From Camelus ferus (Eukaryota), in contig NC_045697.1 of the NCBI RefSeq assembly GCF_009834535.1, positions 82,958,001 to 83,022,000 of the forward strand: a stretch of 64,000 nt of DNA, written 5' to 3'. Position 1 is the first letter of the stretch. Each line of letters begins with the position of its first letter. The position numbers and the translations under genes are program-made. Below are positions 25,734-37,867 of the stretch, piece by piece. The notes under the pieces were generated by a model. That model worked only from the letters and a program-made list of their open reading frames with translations, was not told where the DNA came from and made no database searches.

Positions 25734-27950
25734 TGACCTCTTTGGCCATTGTTTGATGTAGGGGACAAGGCTTTTTATTTAAACATGGGTTTATTACTAG
25801 AAATTCTAGCTGAGCCTTATTAATAACATATTTATAGTTTTCAGTTTTGGTTTATTTCAGTTTACTCAGAGTAAATCAACCTACTAATCAATACAAGTAT
25901 ATAATCTTTCATAGATTTTATAAGATTTTCCAGTCTTTTACCATTATCCTGTCCACACAAAATGCTGTAATTATTTCCTAAATGTCTGACTTACCATCAG
26001 TTTTTTTTAAATCAAAAGTATAGACAGCATCAGTCAATGAAATGAGTAGGACTGTAGAGGGTAAGAAGAGCTTCTGTGAATACAAAAATGTAAATATTAA
26101 CTAAAGGTGTCAGACATTACTAGGTGTTTTGGGGAGATTAATTATACCATTAGTATTAACCCAAAATCTGTGAAGTAAGTCAGGACCCAAATGAAAACAA
26201 ACCAACCATAATATACAGAATGATTAGGCAAAATCTAAAGTTAACTGGCTACTAAATGATAAAATCAATATTCAAACTCATAACTGTCCATTCTTCCCCT
26301 ATGGCATTTGTCTCTTCATAAAATATAAACTTTATAATAACATGAAATATTCTTTAATTTCAAATAGAATATTTGAGTCAATATAGCTTTTCTATTTTAA
26401 TAGAAAATTTTTATAAATTCTTATTTTATTAACTGTACATTAAATTTGAAAACATTCAATGAATTTTCAACAGTAATACCTTACTGTTTAATGACTCTTA
26501 TATAAGGTAGTTTAATGCTCCATAAAGCCAGAAAATCACATATTTGGCATATACAATGACCACTTTTCTAACCCTCCTATTTCCATTAAATATTTTCAGA
26601 CAGAGGAATATACTTTGTTTAAAAAATGCAATCCAATAAAATTTCAGTAAATGCTTTTTTTAGTAATTTGTGTTACCATAGTCATTTGATAGTTTCAGCT
26701 TCAAACTAAAACTGAATTAACAGCAGTCACCAAGAAGAAAATTAGGGAAGCAGAAAAAAAAAATAGGAATTTCAATCATAGCAAATGCATTTTCCTTAAA
26801 GAAACATTCACTATAATATATATAATATTATAATATAATATAAAAACATTCATTATAAAAATTCTTTTTAATTTTTTTCTCTTGCAAGCTTTTTAAAGAA
26901 CACTAAAGGTCATATAAATGATAGGATAATTTTTATATCATTTTTAATAAAAATTATTTTAGCTCTGCTTCAAAAATGAATGTCTTGTATGTATTATTTT
27001 CTTGCAGTTTTTCCTTCCATTTGTCTCTTTTCTCATTTATTTTCTCTATGCTCTGCTAAAACTTCTCTATTTTTCATTGACATGAGGTAGTACTGTAGTG
27101 TTGATGTCACATTAGGAAATTTATGCTGTTATATCCTTTAAGAATTTGAATCTACTGTGGGTTTTAGTGTGCTCTGATTTCATTTTTTTTAAATTATGTT
27201 TTGGTTTAGTTGACTTGAAATCTCTAGTTGTTGAACAAAAGAAGTTTCTCTAACAACTTAATACAATTCTTCAATAAACTACCACCAACATTAAAACTTC
27301 TGCAACTAGTACATATAAATTTAGCATTTCAGTATTTGGGCACATAAATAAGTGGTGATGTTGGCAGATATGTAAGGCAAATGAAAAACTTTAAACTCGT
27401 ATATTTGAATATTTCAGATAATATTACTTTGATCTTCTTATACTAACCCATTTCTACAGTTGCACACATGATAAATAACTTTATAAGGCGTGAATATGAA
27501 TTTTGAAAACTACATGATAAAATGAAGTCCTTACTAAGGGTACCTAAATGACCACCCACCCAACAGCCATATTTCAACATGGCTTCCTTTTTGTGTGATA
27601 AAAAGAATAACTTTGTTGAAATATTGTATGATGAGAAATGAAGCAGTTTATTATGATACAGAATATTGAATATAGTCTTTTTAATGCATAGCATCTACAT
27701 TACTTAAAATATAAGCACATCTATTAGTATAGCTTTTGCTCATATCTGTGATGTTTACTACTCATTTTGTAATTAAATGGCAGAATGACAACTCATGAAA
27801 AAGTAAAGCATAATTTAAATTATTAAATAAATTGATAAATAAAAAGTAGTATTTTATTTACCATAAAATGTACAACTATGTAGAAAAATCATTAGGTCTT
27901 TTCAAATTATATTCAAGTAATTGCTTTTTGGATAACAAGAATGTAGTTGT

Positions 27951-30690
27951 CTGTATATTGTCTTTTCATTTTGTTTGTTTCCTTTGCCATACAAAAGCTT
28001 TTAAGTTTAATGAGGTTTAAACTGGTTTGTTTATATTTGCTTTTACTTCCATTACTCTAGGAGACAAATCCAAAAAAATTTATTGCAACAATTTATGTCA
28101 AAGAGTGTTCTGCCTATGTTTTCCTCTGGGAGTTTTAGACTAACCAGTCTTACATTTTGGTCTTAAATTCATTTTGAGTTTTTTTGTTTTTGTTTTTTTG
28201 GGCTGTTTTTCTGTATATGATAGAGAATTTTCTAATTTCATTCTTCTACATCTAGCTTTCCAGTTTTCCCAGCACCACTTATTGAAGAGGTAGCCTTTTC
28301 TCCATTGTATATTCTTGCCTCTTTCGTCACAGATTAATTGACTATAAGTGTGTGGGTTTATTTCTGGACATTCTATCCTGTACCACTGATCTATGTGTCT
28401 GTTTTTGTGCCAGTACCATATTGTTTTGATTAATGAAGCTTTGTAGTATAGTCCAAAGTCAGGATACCTGATTCTTCTAGCCCCATTCTTCTTTGTCAAG
28501 ATTGTTTTGACTATTCAGGGTCTTCTGTCTGCATATAAATTTTAAAATTAAAAAAAAATTTTGTTCCAGTTCTGTGAAAAAATGCCATTAGTAGTTTTAC
28601 AGGGATTGCATTGAATCTGTATATTTCCTTGGGTAGTATGGCCATTTTAACAATATTGATTCTTCCAATCCAGGATCACAGTATATCTTTCCATCTGTTT
28701 GTGTCATCTTCAGTTTCTTTCATCAGTGTCCAACAGTTTTCAAGTACAGGTCTTTTGCCTCCTTAGTAGGTTTATTCCTAGGTATTTTATTTTGATGCAG
28801 TGGTAAATGGGGTTGTTTCCTTAAGTTGTATTTCTGGTGGTTTATGGTTAGTGTAGAGAAATATAACAGATTTCTTTATATTAATTTTGTATCCTGCAAC
28901 TTAACCAAATTCACTGATGAACTCTAGTAGTTTTCTGGTAGCATCTTTAGGGTTTTCTATGTATAGTATCATGTCATCTGCAAACAGTGACAGTTTTACT
29001 TCTTCATTCTCAATTTGGATTGCTTTTATTTCTTTTTATTCTGATTGCTATGGCTAGGACTTACAAAACTATGTTGAATAAAAGTGGGGAGAGTGGCCAT
29101 CCTTTGTCTTGTTCCTGATCTTAGAGGAGATGCTTTCAGCTTTTCCCCATTAAGTATGATGTTATCCATGAGTTTGTCATATATGGCCTTTATTATGTTG
29201 AGGTATGTTCCCCCTATGTCCACTTTCTGGAGAGTTTTTAGCTAAATGGATGTTGAATTTTATCAAAAGCTTTTTCTGCATCTATTGATGATCATATGGT
29301 TTTTAATCCTCAATCTGTTAATATGATATATCATACTGATTTATTTGTGGATACTGACAAATCCTCACATCCCTGGGATAAATCTCACTTGATCATGGTC
29401 TATGATCCTTTTAATGTATTGTTGGAGTCAGTTTGCTTGTAGTCTGCTGAGGATTTTTACATCTACATTCATAAGTGATATTGTAATTTTCTCTTTTTGT
29501 GATCTCTTTAGTTTTGGTATCAGGGTGATGGTGTCCTCATAGAATGAGTTTGGAAGTGCTCCTTCCTCTGTAACTTTTAGGAAAGTTTCAGAAGGATAGG
29601 TATTAACTCTTCTCCAAATATGTGGTAGAATTCACCTGTGAAGCCATCTAGTCCTGGACTTCTGTTGGGGAGTTTTTAAATTACTTACTCAATTTTAGTT
29701 CTGTTAGTTCATTTTCTATTTCTTCCTGGTTCAGTCTTGGGACATCATACCTTTCTAAGAATTTGTTGATTTCTTCTGGGTGTCCATTTTATTGCCATAT
29801 AGTTGCCCATAGTAGCCTCTTAAAATTCTTTGTATATCTGTGATGTCCGTTGTAAATTTTCATTTGTGATTTTTATTTATTTGGACCCTCACCCTTTTTC
29901 TCTTGATGAATCTGGCTAGAGGTTTATCCATTTTGGTTTTTTCAAATAACCAGCTCAAGTTTCATTGATCTTTAAAATTTTTTAGTCTCTATTTCCTTTA
30001 CTTCTGCTCTAATCTTTATGATTTCTTTATTTATACTAACCTTGGGTTTTGTTTGTTCTTATACGTAAAGCAGCTAGGGAAATGTTAGGTTGTTTATTTG
30101 AGATTTTTCTTGTTTCCCTGAGGTAAGCTTGTATTGCTATAAACTTCCCTCTTAGAACTGTTTTTGCTGCATTCCATAGGTTTTGGACCATTGTTTTCAT
30201 TTTGATTTGTCTCTAGGTATTTTTTTCTTCTTTGATTTCTTCACTGAGCCATTGGTTGTTTAGTAGCATATTGTTTAGCCTTCACGTTTGTGTTTTTGGC
30301 AGTTTTGTTTTTTTTTTCTGTAGTTGATTTCAAATCTCAGAGCACTGTGGTCGGAAAAGACACTTGATATGATTTCTATTTTCTTAAATTTACTAAGGCT
30401 AAGGCTTGCTTTGTGGCCCAGCATGTGGTCTATGCTGGAGAATGTTCCATGAACACTTGAAAAGAATATGTATTTTGCTGCTGTCAGATGGAATGCTCTA
30501 TAAATATCAATTAAGTCTATCTGGTGCAGTACACATTTAATGCTTGTGTTTCCTTACTGATTTTCTGGCCAGGTGATCTGTCCATTGATGTACATAGGGT
30601 GTTAAAGTCCCTGGCTATTATTGTGTTCTGTCACATTCTCCCTTTATTTCTGTTAACATTTTGTTATATATTGAAGTGCTCCTACATTTG
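27951..30690 (-). mobile_element. LINE-1 ORF2 internal fragment
   Basis: ORFs 28140..28499 ([27 protein letters not shown]) and 29026..29223 ([13 protein letters not shown]...[17 protein letters not shown]) are L1 RT-region peptides. Confidence 0.93.
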
Positions 30691-30701
30691 TTACATTTTT
30701 A

Positions 30702-30835
30702 GTTTTTTTTTTTTATTTGGGGGGGTAATTAGGTTTATTTATTTATCTTTAGAGGAGGTACTGGGGATTGAACTCAGGACCTTGTGCATGCCAAGAATGT
30801 GCCCTGCCACTTAAGCTATATATATCCTCCCCACC
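30702..30835 (-). mobile_element. Vic-1-like SINE (long form)
   Basis: ggggtaattaggtttatttattt...gaggtactggggattgaactcaggaccttgtgcatg...agctata..cctcccc. TSD ttacattttta (30691-30701) / ttgcattttta (30837-30847). Confidence 0.9.
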
Positions 30836-30986
30836 ATTGCATTTTTACTGTACACTTAATAATGTTTTAAATGGTAAATTTTACATTATATATATAACCA
30901 CACTTTTAAAGTTAATAAAAATTCAAATATATCAAATGTATCAGATTTTTAAAAAATAAATGGAAAAAATTATTGTACCAAGATTC

Positions 30987-31052
30987 TGCTATTGACTGAA
31001 TTGTGTCCTCCTGGATCCAAATTCATATGTTGAAGAGCCCTAATGCCCAATT
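30987..31052 (+). mobile_element. MLT1A/B-type LTR 5' fragment
   Basis: tgctattgactgaattgtgtcctcc...aaattcatatgttgaagagccctaa is the characteristic MLT1 start. Confidence 0.7.
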
Positions 31053-31205
31053 TACCCCCTTTATGTGTAAATATTTCAGTGTTTTTCCTCTCAAAAAAGA
31101 TTCTCCCTTACTTCATTGTATTATGAAATGAACAAAATTTAACTTTGATACAATACTATATCTAATCTATCTTCCATATTCAAATCTTATCAATTATCCC
31201 AATGT
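31053..31205 (-). mobile_element. Ancient L1 (L1MC/ME-like) 3' UTR fragment
   Basis: aaatttaactttgatacaatactatatctaatcta...catattcaaat...caattatcccaat matches the recalled old L1M 3' UTR. Confidence 0.55.
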
Positions 31206-31643
31206 TAAATAGTTAAATTTGTGGGGATAGTAACTTCAATCTTTTATTGGTTTAACCAGATGTCAAAACAGGCGTCTCTTCTTTCCACCATTTCAAACAC
31301 AGCATTTCCTCTTTGGCATTTACCTTGAAAGATAATTTTAAATCTCTCAGGACTATAGATCACATCTTAAATATTTGAATGAATATGTGCACTTAATGTT
31401 GCAGGAATTTCTGTGTTGGTCCATATAGCTCCTTTGGAAATTTCATAGAACTACACTTGTGATACATAACAACCCCTCTGCAAGATGAGTTATTATAGTT
31501 GATTTCTGTGGCGTTCTATTGTCTCACCATATCATGTTGTATTTGCATAATGTCAGTAATACCAAGACACAGATTAAAGGCTTCTCATCCATATCAAAAT
31601 GAAGAAAAAAATTCCCAATGAAATTAGAAAAGCAGAGACCACT

Positions 31644-31825
31644 TTGGAAATGATAAAGAATCCAAGCTCCAGGATAGCAGTCTTAAGAGTGAAAGTCTAT
31701 TTCCTTCCACTGCTGAACCTAGAAAACCTTCCTATGATACACTGATGAAGAGAGCAAGAGCTACTACAGGAAGAAGAGAATAATGTTTTGCCCATGTGGG
31801 GCTTTTAGATTAACCTGAGTGATGA
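31644..31825 (+). repeat. Copy 1 of a ~185-bp local dispersed direct duplication (partner 34091-34275)
   Basis: Shared blocks gataaagaatccaagct, cagtcttaagagt, agaaaaccttcctatgat, tactacaggaagaag and tggggcttttagattaa(c/t)ctgagtgatga. Confidence 0.95.
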
Positions 31826-32616
31826 CTACAATATTTACTCTTAAGATAGATGTTTTCTTTACCACATAATTAACTAATTTAAATGAACTAAATACTTAAT
31901 TGGCTATCTTGAGAAGGTATTCTTAGCTCTCCTAAGGGTAAAAATATTTTATTGTGAGCCAGTATGACTGAATTGTTTTCATTAATTTACCTTCAAATTA
32001 ACTCCTTGCCTGTATATTTATTCCATTTAAATTCCTCACCATTAATCTTGTGCCTCCATCTAGAAAATTATATTATGTTGGCTTATAATTCTTTTTCATT
32101 TTGGGAATGCAGTCATTGGAAAGAATAGAACATTTTTAACTTCTGAATAATCTAACAAACATATGTATGCCTCTCCCTTCCCATCGATACTGGTGCAAAT
32201 CAAATGCTCACTCTTCCTAACAGAAAAATTCCTGTTTCCAGTCAAAGATCCTTCTAGTCATTCCTCCCACAAAATGCCAGAGTAATATTTTTAAAACACC
32301 AATTCAGCTATGTCTTTTTTTCCTGATTTAAATAATTTGGAAACTTCACAGAGGTGAAAAAAGTACTCAGCATAGCTATTGTAATCTGTTCCTTACCTGC
32401 CTCTTACAAAGATTTATTTTCTCTTAGCACCTGTATGTTCTAACCATACTGAACATATTCCTCAAATGCAAATGACTATATCATGGCTTTTAGTTAACTG
32501 TTTTTTATATTTATTATTTATTCATTTGTTTTGATGTTTCCATAGGAGTTTCCTCCAGCCACATCCTGCACTACCCACTCAAAGCAATGGGAAAACAATA
32601 GCTTTTAAAGCCATAG

Positions 32617-32770
32617 AAACTGGAATCCAAATTTACATTTTACCTTTTTAAGCTACAGGACTTTTAAACAATTACTTAATATTCCTAATGTCCATTTCCT
32701 ATCTAGTATATTTGATAATATCACGTTCAAAAGTTTGTTACGAAGACAAAATGAAATAAGGCATAGAAGC
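32617..32770 (+). mobile_element. MIR relic
   Basis: ctggaatccaaat...aaacaattacttaatattcctaatgtccatttcct...gtttgttacgaagacaaaatgaaataag is a degenerate MIR core. Confidence 0.55.
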
Positions 32771-32800
32771 TAGCTTCTGATCATCTTCCCATTTGTATCT

Positions 32801-32932
32801 GTTTTTGTTTGGTTGGTTATTATTTTTTGAGTGTTGTTGTTGTTGTTTTTTTTTAACTGGAAGTACTGGGGATTAAACCCAAGACTTCGTGTATGCTTAG
32901 CACACACTCTACTGCTGAGCTACACCCACCCC
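32801..32932 (-). mobile_element. Vic-1-like SINE (short form: tRNA-like head plus A-rich tail)
   Basis: ggaagtactggggattaaacccaagacttcgtgtatgcttagcacacactctactgctgagctacacccacccc. Probable TSD tgtatct at 32794-32800 and 32935-32941. Confidence 0.88.
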
Positions 32933-32944
32933 TCTGTATCTACA

Positions 32945-33685
32945 TAGTTGACTTAACTGCCTGTTTTATATCTATCTCCACATAGATGTATGTATAACAG
33001 GCATCCTGATCTCAGCAAGTTTAAAGACAAACTCGAGAATTCATTTGTCCTCACAAACCATACAGATTCTCTATCCAAAAATATAATCACCACTAACTTC
33101 TCCACCCATTAGTGAATTCTTTCAGTTCAAACTCAAATATCCTGTGAAGATATTAATACCTTTTCATCCTCACTATTATTTCTTTAGTCTACACTAAAAT
33201 CATTTACCCAATACCCTCTCAACAAGTTCACCAGCCTTCATGTTTGCAACCCCACAGAATTCTCTATCCACATACTAGAACTTCTTATGGAAAGTTAGAT
33301 CATCTCATTCCCCACTCTCTGGCTTCCCATCACACTGTATAGAAGTCCTAAGTCTTTGCCTTCCCTTACAGTGAGCTTCAGAACCTGGCCGAGTCTCCTT
33401 CTCTCTCACTCACCACGAAGCAGCCAGGCTAGCTCTTCTTTCCTCTGAAACCTGACCAGGCTCCCTCCCACCTCAGGGTGGCATCAGCATGTATAATTCA
33501 GCTAAACTGATCACTTTCTTGTGAAAGGAGTCTTTGTATTTTCCTAAAGAAAAGTTCTTTGTTTACTCATTATCTATATGTCCCACACTAGACTAAATAG
33601 ATAATGTAGTTAGTAATCTTGTCTATAGATCTCACTTCTGAAATCCCAGATCCAACAAAGTGTCTGATAGGTTATCATACTCCAG
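32945..33685 (+). mobile_element. L2 relic (3' region)
   Basis: aactgcctgttttatatctatctccacatagatgt...aacaggcatc, aaagttagatcatctcattccc, ctcccacctcaggg and tcccacactagactaaa are L2-like motifs in the expected order. Confidence 0.65.
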
Positions 33686-33756
33686 TTGGATTATTTCCGC
33701 TCTAGGCCATGCGTTATTTAAGATTGAACTCAAATGCTAACTTTGTATTTTCTTTC

Positions 33757-34935
33757 AGTTTTAATGAGATATAATTGATAACCAGAACTGTATATAAGTA
33801 AAGTATACAGCAAAATGATTTGATTTATATACGTCATGAAGTGATTAAGTGAGTATCAAATAAGTTTAGTGAATATCCGTTATCTCATATAGATACAGAA
33901 TTAAAGAAATAGAAAAAATTTTCTCTTGTGATAAGAATTCTTAGGATTTTCTAGTAGCAACTTTAATATATAACATAGAGCAGTGTTAATTATGTTTATC
34001 ATGTTGTACATTACATCCCTAGTACTTAATTATCTTATAATTGGAATTTTGTAGCTTTTTAAACTGCCTTTATCCAATTCCCTCACCCTCTTAGAAACGA
34101 TAAAGAATCCAAGCTGCTAAGGTAGATTCAGTCTTAAGAGTAGAAGTCTATTTTCCTACCACTGCTAAACAGAAAACCTTCCTATGATGTACTGATAAAA
34201 AGAGTAAGAGATACTACAGGAAGAAGTGAAGAATGTTTTGTCCACATGGGGCTTTTAGATTAATCTGAGTGATGAACTGGACTGCACTCTCCACCCCTCT
34301 CACTGCTGTGACCACCAATTTTTCTTCTAAGAGTTTGTGTGTGTGTTTTTCAAGTATAATGGACCTACAGTGCTATATTAGTTCCTGTTATACAACATAG
34401 TAATTTGATATTTCTATACATTTCCAACTGATCACTATAATAAGTCTAGTTATGATATGTCACCATAAAAAGATATTACATAGTTGGTGACTACATTCCC
34501 CACACTATGCACTTCATAAGACTGATTTATTTTGCAACCAGAAGTTTGTACTTCTTAACCTCCCTGATCTATTTCTTCCCTCCCCACTGGAAAACACCTA
34601 TTTGTGTTCTGTATCTATAACTCTACTTATGTCTTATATTTATTCATTTGTTTTTTAGACTCCACATATGAGTAAAGTCGAACAGTATTTGTCTTTCTCT
34701 TTGAGTTTTTTCACTCTAGATCCATCCAGGTTGTCACAAATGGCAAGAATTCACTTATTCTTATGGCTGAGTAATATTCCATTCTATATATCTATACCTC
34801 ATCTTCTTTCTCCATTTATCTGTTGATGGACACTTAGGTTAAACCTTGGCTACCACAAATAATGCTGCAATGAACACAGGGGTGAATAGATATTTTCTAA
34901 TTAGCAGTTTTATTTTCTTTGGATAAATACCCAGA
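33757..34935 (-). mobile_element. LINE-1 3' end (L1MA-derived), carrying the duplicated unique segment at 34091-34275
   Basis: 3' UTR motifs gagatataattga, ttcttaggattt..tagcaacttt and ttagactccacatatgagt, followed by antisense ORF2 C-terminal sequence up to ggataaatacccaga. Confidence 0.88.
34091..34275 (+). repeat. Copy 2 of the ~185-bp local duplication, inserted within an L1 3' UTR
   Basis: Aligns to 31644-31825 and is flanked on both sides by the L1 3' UTR C-rich tract (ccaattccctcaccctc | ...ccacccctctcactgctgtgaccacc). Confidence 0.95.
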
Positions 34936-34939
34936 CACA

Positions 34940-36015
34940 TGAAATTACACTAGTTTCAGATGTACAGCTTAATGAGTTGATATTTGTATATATGATGAAA
35001 TGATCATCACAGTAAGTCTAGTTAACATCTGCCAACAGTAACAGTTTTACTTCTTTTCTAGTTTGGATTCCTTTTATTTTTCTTATCTGATTGCTGTGCC
35101 TACAACGTTCATACTACGTTGAATAAAAGTGGTGGGAGTGGGCATCCTTGTTCTTAGAGGAAACATTTTCAGCTTCTCATCATTGAACATGATGTTAGCT
35201 GTGGGGTTTGTCATATATGGCCTTTATTATGTTAAGGTATGTTTCCTTTATGCACACTTTCTGAAAAGTTTTTATCATAAATGGATGTTGATTTTTGTTA
35301 AAAGCTTTTTCTGCATCTATTGGTGTAATACTATGGTTTTTATTCTTTAATTTATTAATGTGGTGTATCAAATTGATATGTGGATACTAAAACATTCTTG
35401 TGTTCCTGGAATAAACCCCACTTGATGGTGTGTGATCCTTTCAATGTATTGTTAAATTCAGTTTTCTAATATTTTGTGGAGGCTTTTTACATCAATTTCA
35501 TTAGTAATATTGGCTTCTGATTTTCTTTTTAGTGATATCTTTGTCTGGTTTTGATATCACGGTAATGCTGGTCTTATAGAACGAGTTTGAAAACACTCCT
35601 TCTGCAATTTTTTGGGATACTTTGAGAAACCTAGTTGTTAACTCTTCTCTAAATAGTTGGTAGAATTCACCTATGAAGCCATCTGGTCCTGGACAGTTGT
35701 TTGTTGGTAGTTTTTTAAACTACTGGTAATTTCATTAATGGCAATTAGTCTGTTTATATTTTCAAGTTCCTCCTGGTTCAGTCTTGGGAGATTGTACATT
35801 TCTAGGAATTTGTCCATTTTTCTCTGTCCATTTCATTGTCATATAATTGTTCACAGTAATCTCTTAGGATCCTTTGTATTTCTATAGTATTGATATTAAC
35901 TTCTTTTTAAATTTAGATTGTTTTGTCTTGGCCCCTATTTTCCTGATGAGTCTGGCTCGGGGTTTATCAATTTGGTTTATCATTTCAAAGATCCAGTTCT
36001 TAGTCCATTGATATT
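34940..36015 (-). mobile_element. LINE-1 with an internal deletion: 3' UTR tip fused to mid-ORF2
   Basis: 3' UTR (aagtctagttaacatctg) runs directly into RT-region antisense sequence (ccaacagtaacagttttacttc). ORF 35882..36106 includes WIFEMINQIDKPRARLIRK. Confidence 0.88.
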
Positions 36016-36226
36016 TCTGAAATGCTAACTTCTTTATAACTATTGTTAACATATCTCCCCAATCTCCTATACTAATATTTGCATTTCTCAGTTGAACATT
36101 TAACACATTATTGTTTTTGTCTGATACATTTTCCAGTTTCCAAACATTACTTAAATCTAAAATCTATAGCTTTAACTTTCTATTACTGGGAACTATCAAA
36201 GTAGTTAGCAAGAAATTAACAAGTTA

Positions 36227-37867
36227 TTTCACATAACTAGAACAGATCATAATAAAATATATATGGAACCACAGAAGACCTAGAATTGCCAAAGCATTAC
36301 TGAAGAAAAAGAAAGAGGTTGGAGGAATAACTCTCCCAGACTTCAGACAATATTACAGAGCTACAGTAATCAAGACAGCATGGTATTGGTATAAAAAAAC
36401 AGACATATAGACCAATGGAACAGAATAGAGAGCCCAGAAATGAACTCACAAACTTTTGGTCAACTAAACTTCGACAAAGGAGGCAAGAATATACAATGGA
36501 ATAAAGACAATCTCTTCAGCAAATGGTGTTGGGAAAACTGGACAGAAGCATGTAAATTAATGAAGCTAGAACACTCCCTTACACCATACACAAAAATAAA
36601 CTCAATATGGATCAAAGACTTAAACATAAGACAAGATACAATAAACCTCCCAGAAGAAAACATAGGCAAAACATTATCTGACATACATCTCAAAAATGTT
36701 CTCCTAGGGCAGTCTACCCAAACAATAGAAATAAAAGAAAGAACAGACAAATGGGACCTAACTAAATTTACAAGCTTCTGCATAGGAAAGGCAACCATAA
36801 GTAAAACAAAACAGCAACCTATGGAATGGGAAAAAATTTTTGCAAATGATGAAACTGACAAAGGCTTGATCTCCAGAAAATATAAGCAGCTCATATGACT
36901 TAATAAGAAAGAAACAAACAACCCAATCCAAAAATGTGCAGAAGACCTAAACAAGCAATTCTCCAAGGAAGACATACAAATGATCAATAGGCACAAGAAA
37001 AAAATGCTCTATATCAGCTAACTATCAGAGAAATGCAAATCAAAACTACAATGAGGTTATCACTTCACACCAGCCAGAATGGCCATCATTCAAAAGTCCA
37101 CAAATGACAAATGCTGGGGAGGCTGTGGAGAAAGGGGAACCCTCCTACACTGCTGGTGGGAATGCAGTTTGGTGCAGCCACTGTGGAAAACAGTATGGAG
37201 ATTCCTCAAAAGACTAGAAATAGACTTACCACAGGACCCAGTCATCCTGCTCCTGGGCATATATCCAGAAGGAATCCTACTTCAAAAAGACACCTGCACC
37301 CCAGTGTTCATAGCAGCACTATTAACAATAGCCAAGACATGGAGACAGCCTAAATGTCCATCAACAGATGACTGGATAAAGAAGATGTGGTACATTTGTA
37401 CAGTGGAATACTATTCAGCCATAAAAATGACAACATAATGCCATTTGCAGCAACATGGATGTTCCTGGAGAATGTCATTCTAAGTGAAGTAAGACAGAAA
37501 GAGAAAGAAAAATACCATATGGGATCACTCATATGTGGAATTTAAAAAAGAAAAAAGAACATAAATACAAAACAGAAACAGACTCATAGACACAGAATAC
37601 AAACTTGTGGTTGCCAAGGGGGCGGTGGGTGGGAAGGGACAGATTGGGATTTCAAAATTTGTAGATACTGTCAGGCACATATAGAATAAACAAGATTATA
37701 CTGTATAGCACAGGGAAATATATACAAGATCTTGTGGTAGCTCACAGCAAAAAAAAAAAAAAATAATGTGACAATGAATGTATGTATGTTCATGTATAAC
37801 TGAAAAATTATGCTCTACACTGGAATTTGACACATTGTAAAATGACTATAACTCAAAAAAAATAAAT
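36227..37867 (+). mobile_element. Young camelid-type LINE-1, 5'-truncated, with poly(A) tail and perfect 16-bp TSD
   Basis: ORF2 peptides 36440..36898 and 37079..37438 (...[21 protein letters not shown]...); A-rich tail; TSD agaaattaacaagtta at 36211-36226 and 37868-37883. Confidence 0.97.

Noticed and set aside
27441..27505. TACTAAC branch-point match followed by ccatttctacag
   Set aside because: The branch A is only ~13 nt from the AG and the motif is not the U12 consensus. All three downstream frames stop within ~15 codons.
31644..31825. C/D-box snoRNA reading of the duplicated segment (atgataa, ctgatga and ctga motifs)
   Set aside because: The boxes are not conserved between the two copies and there is no terminal stem.
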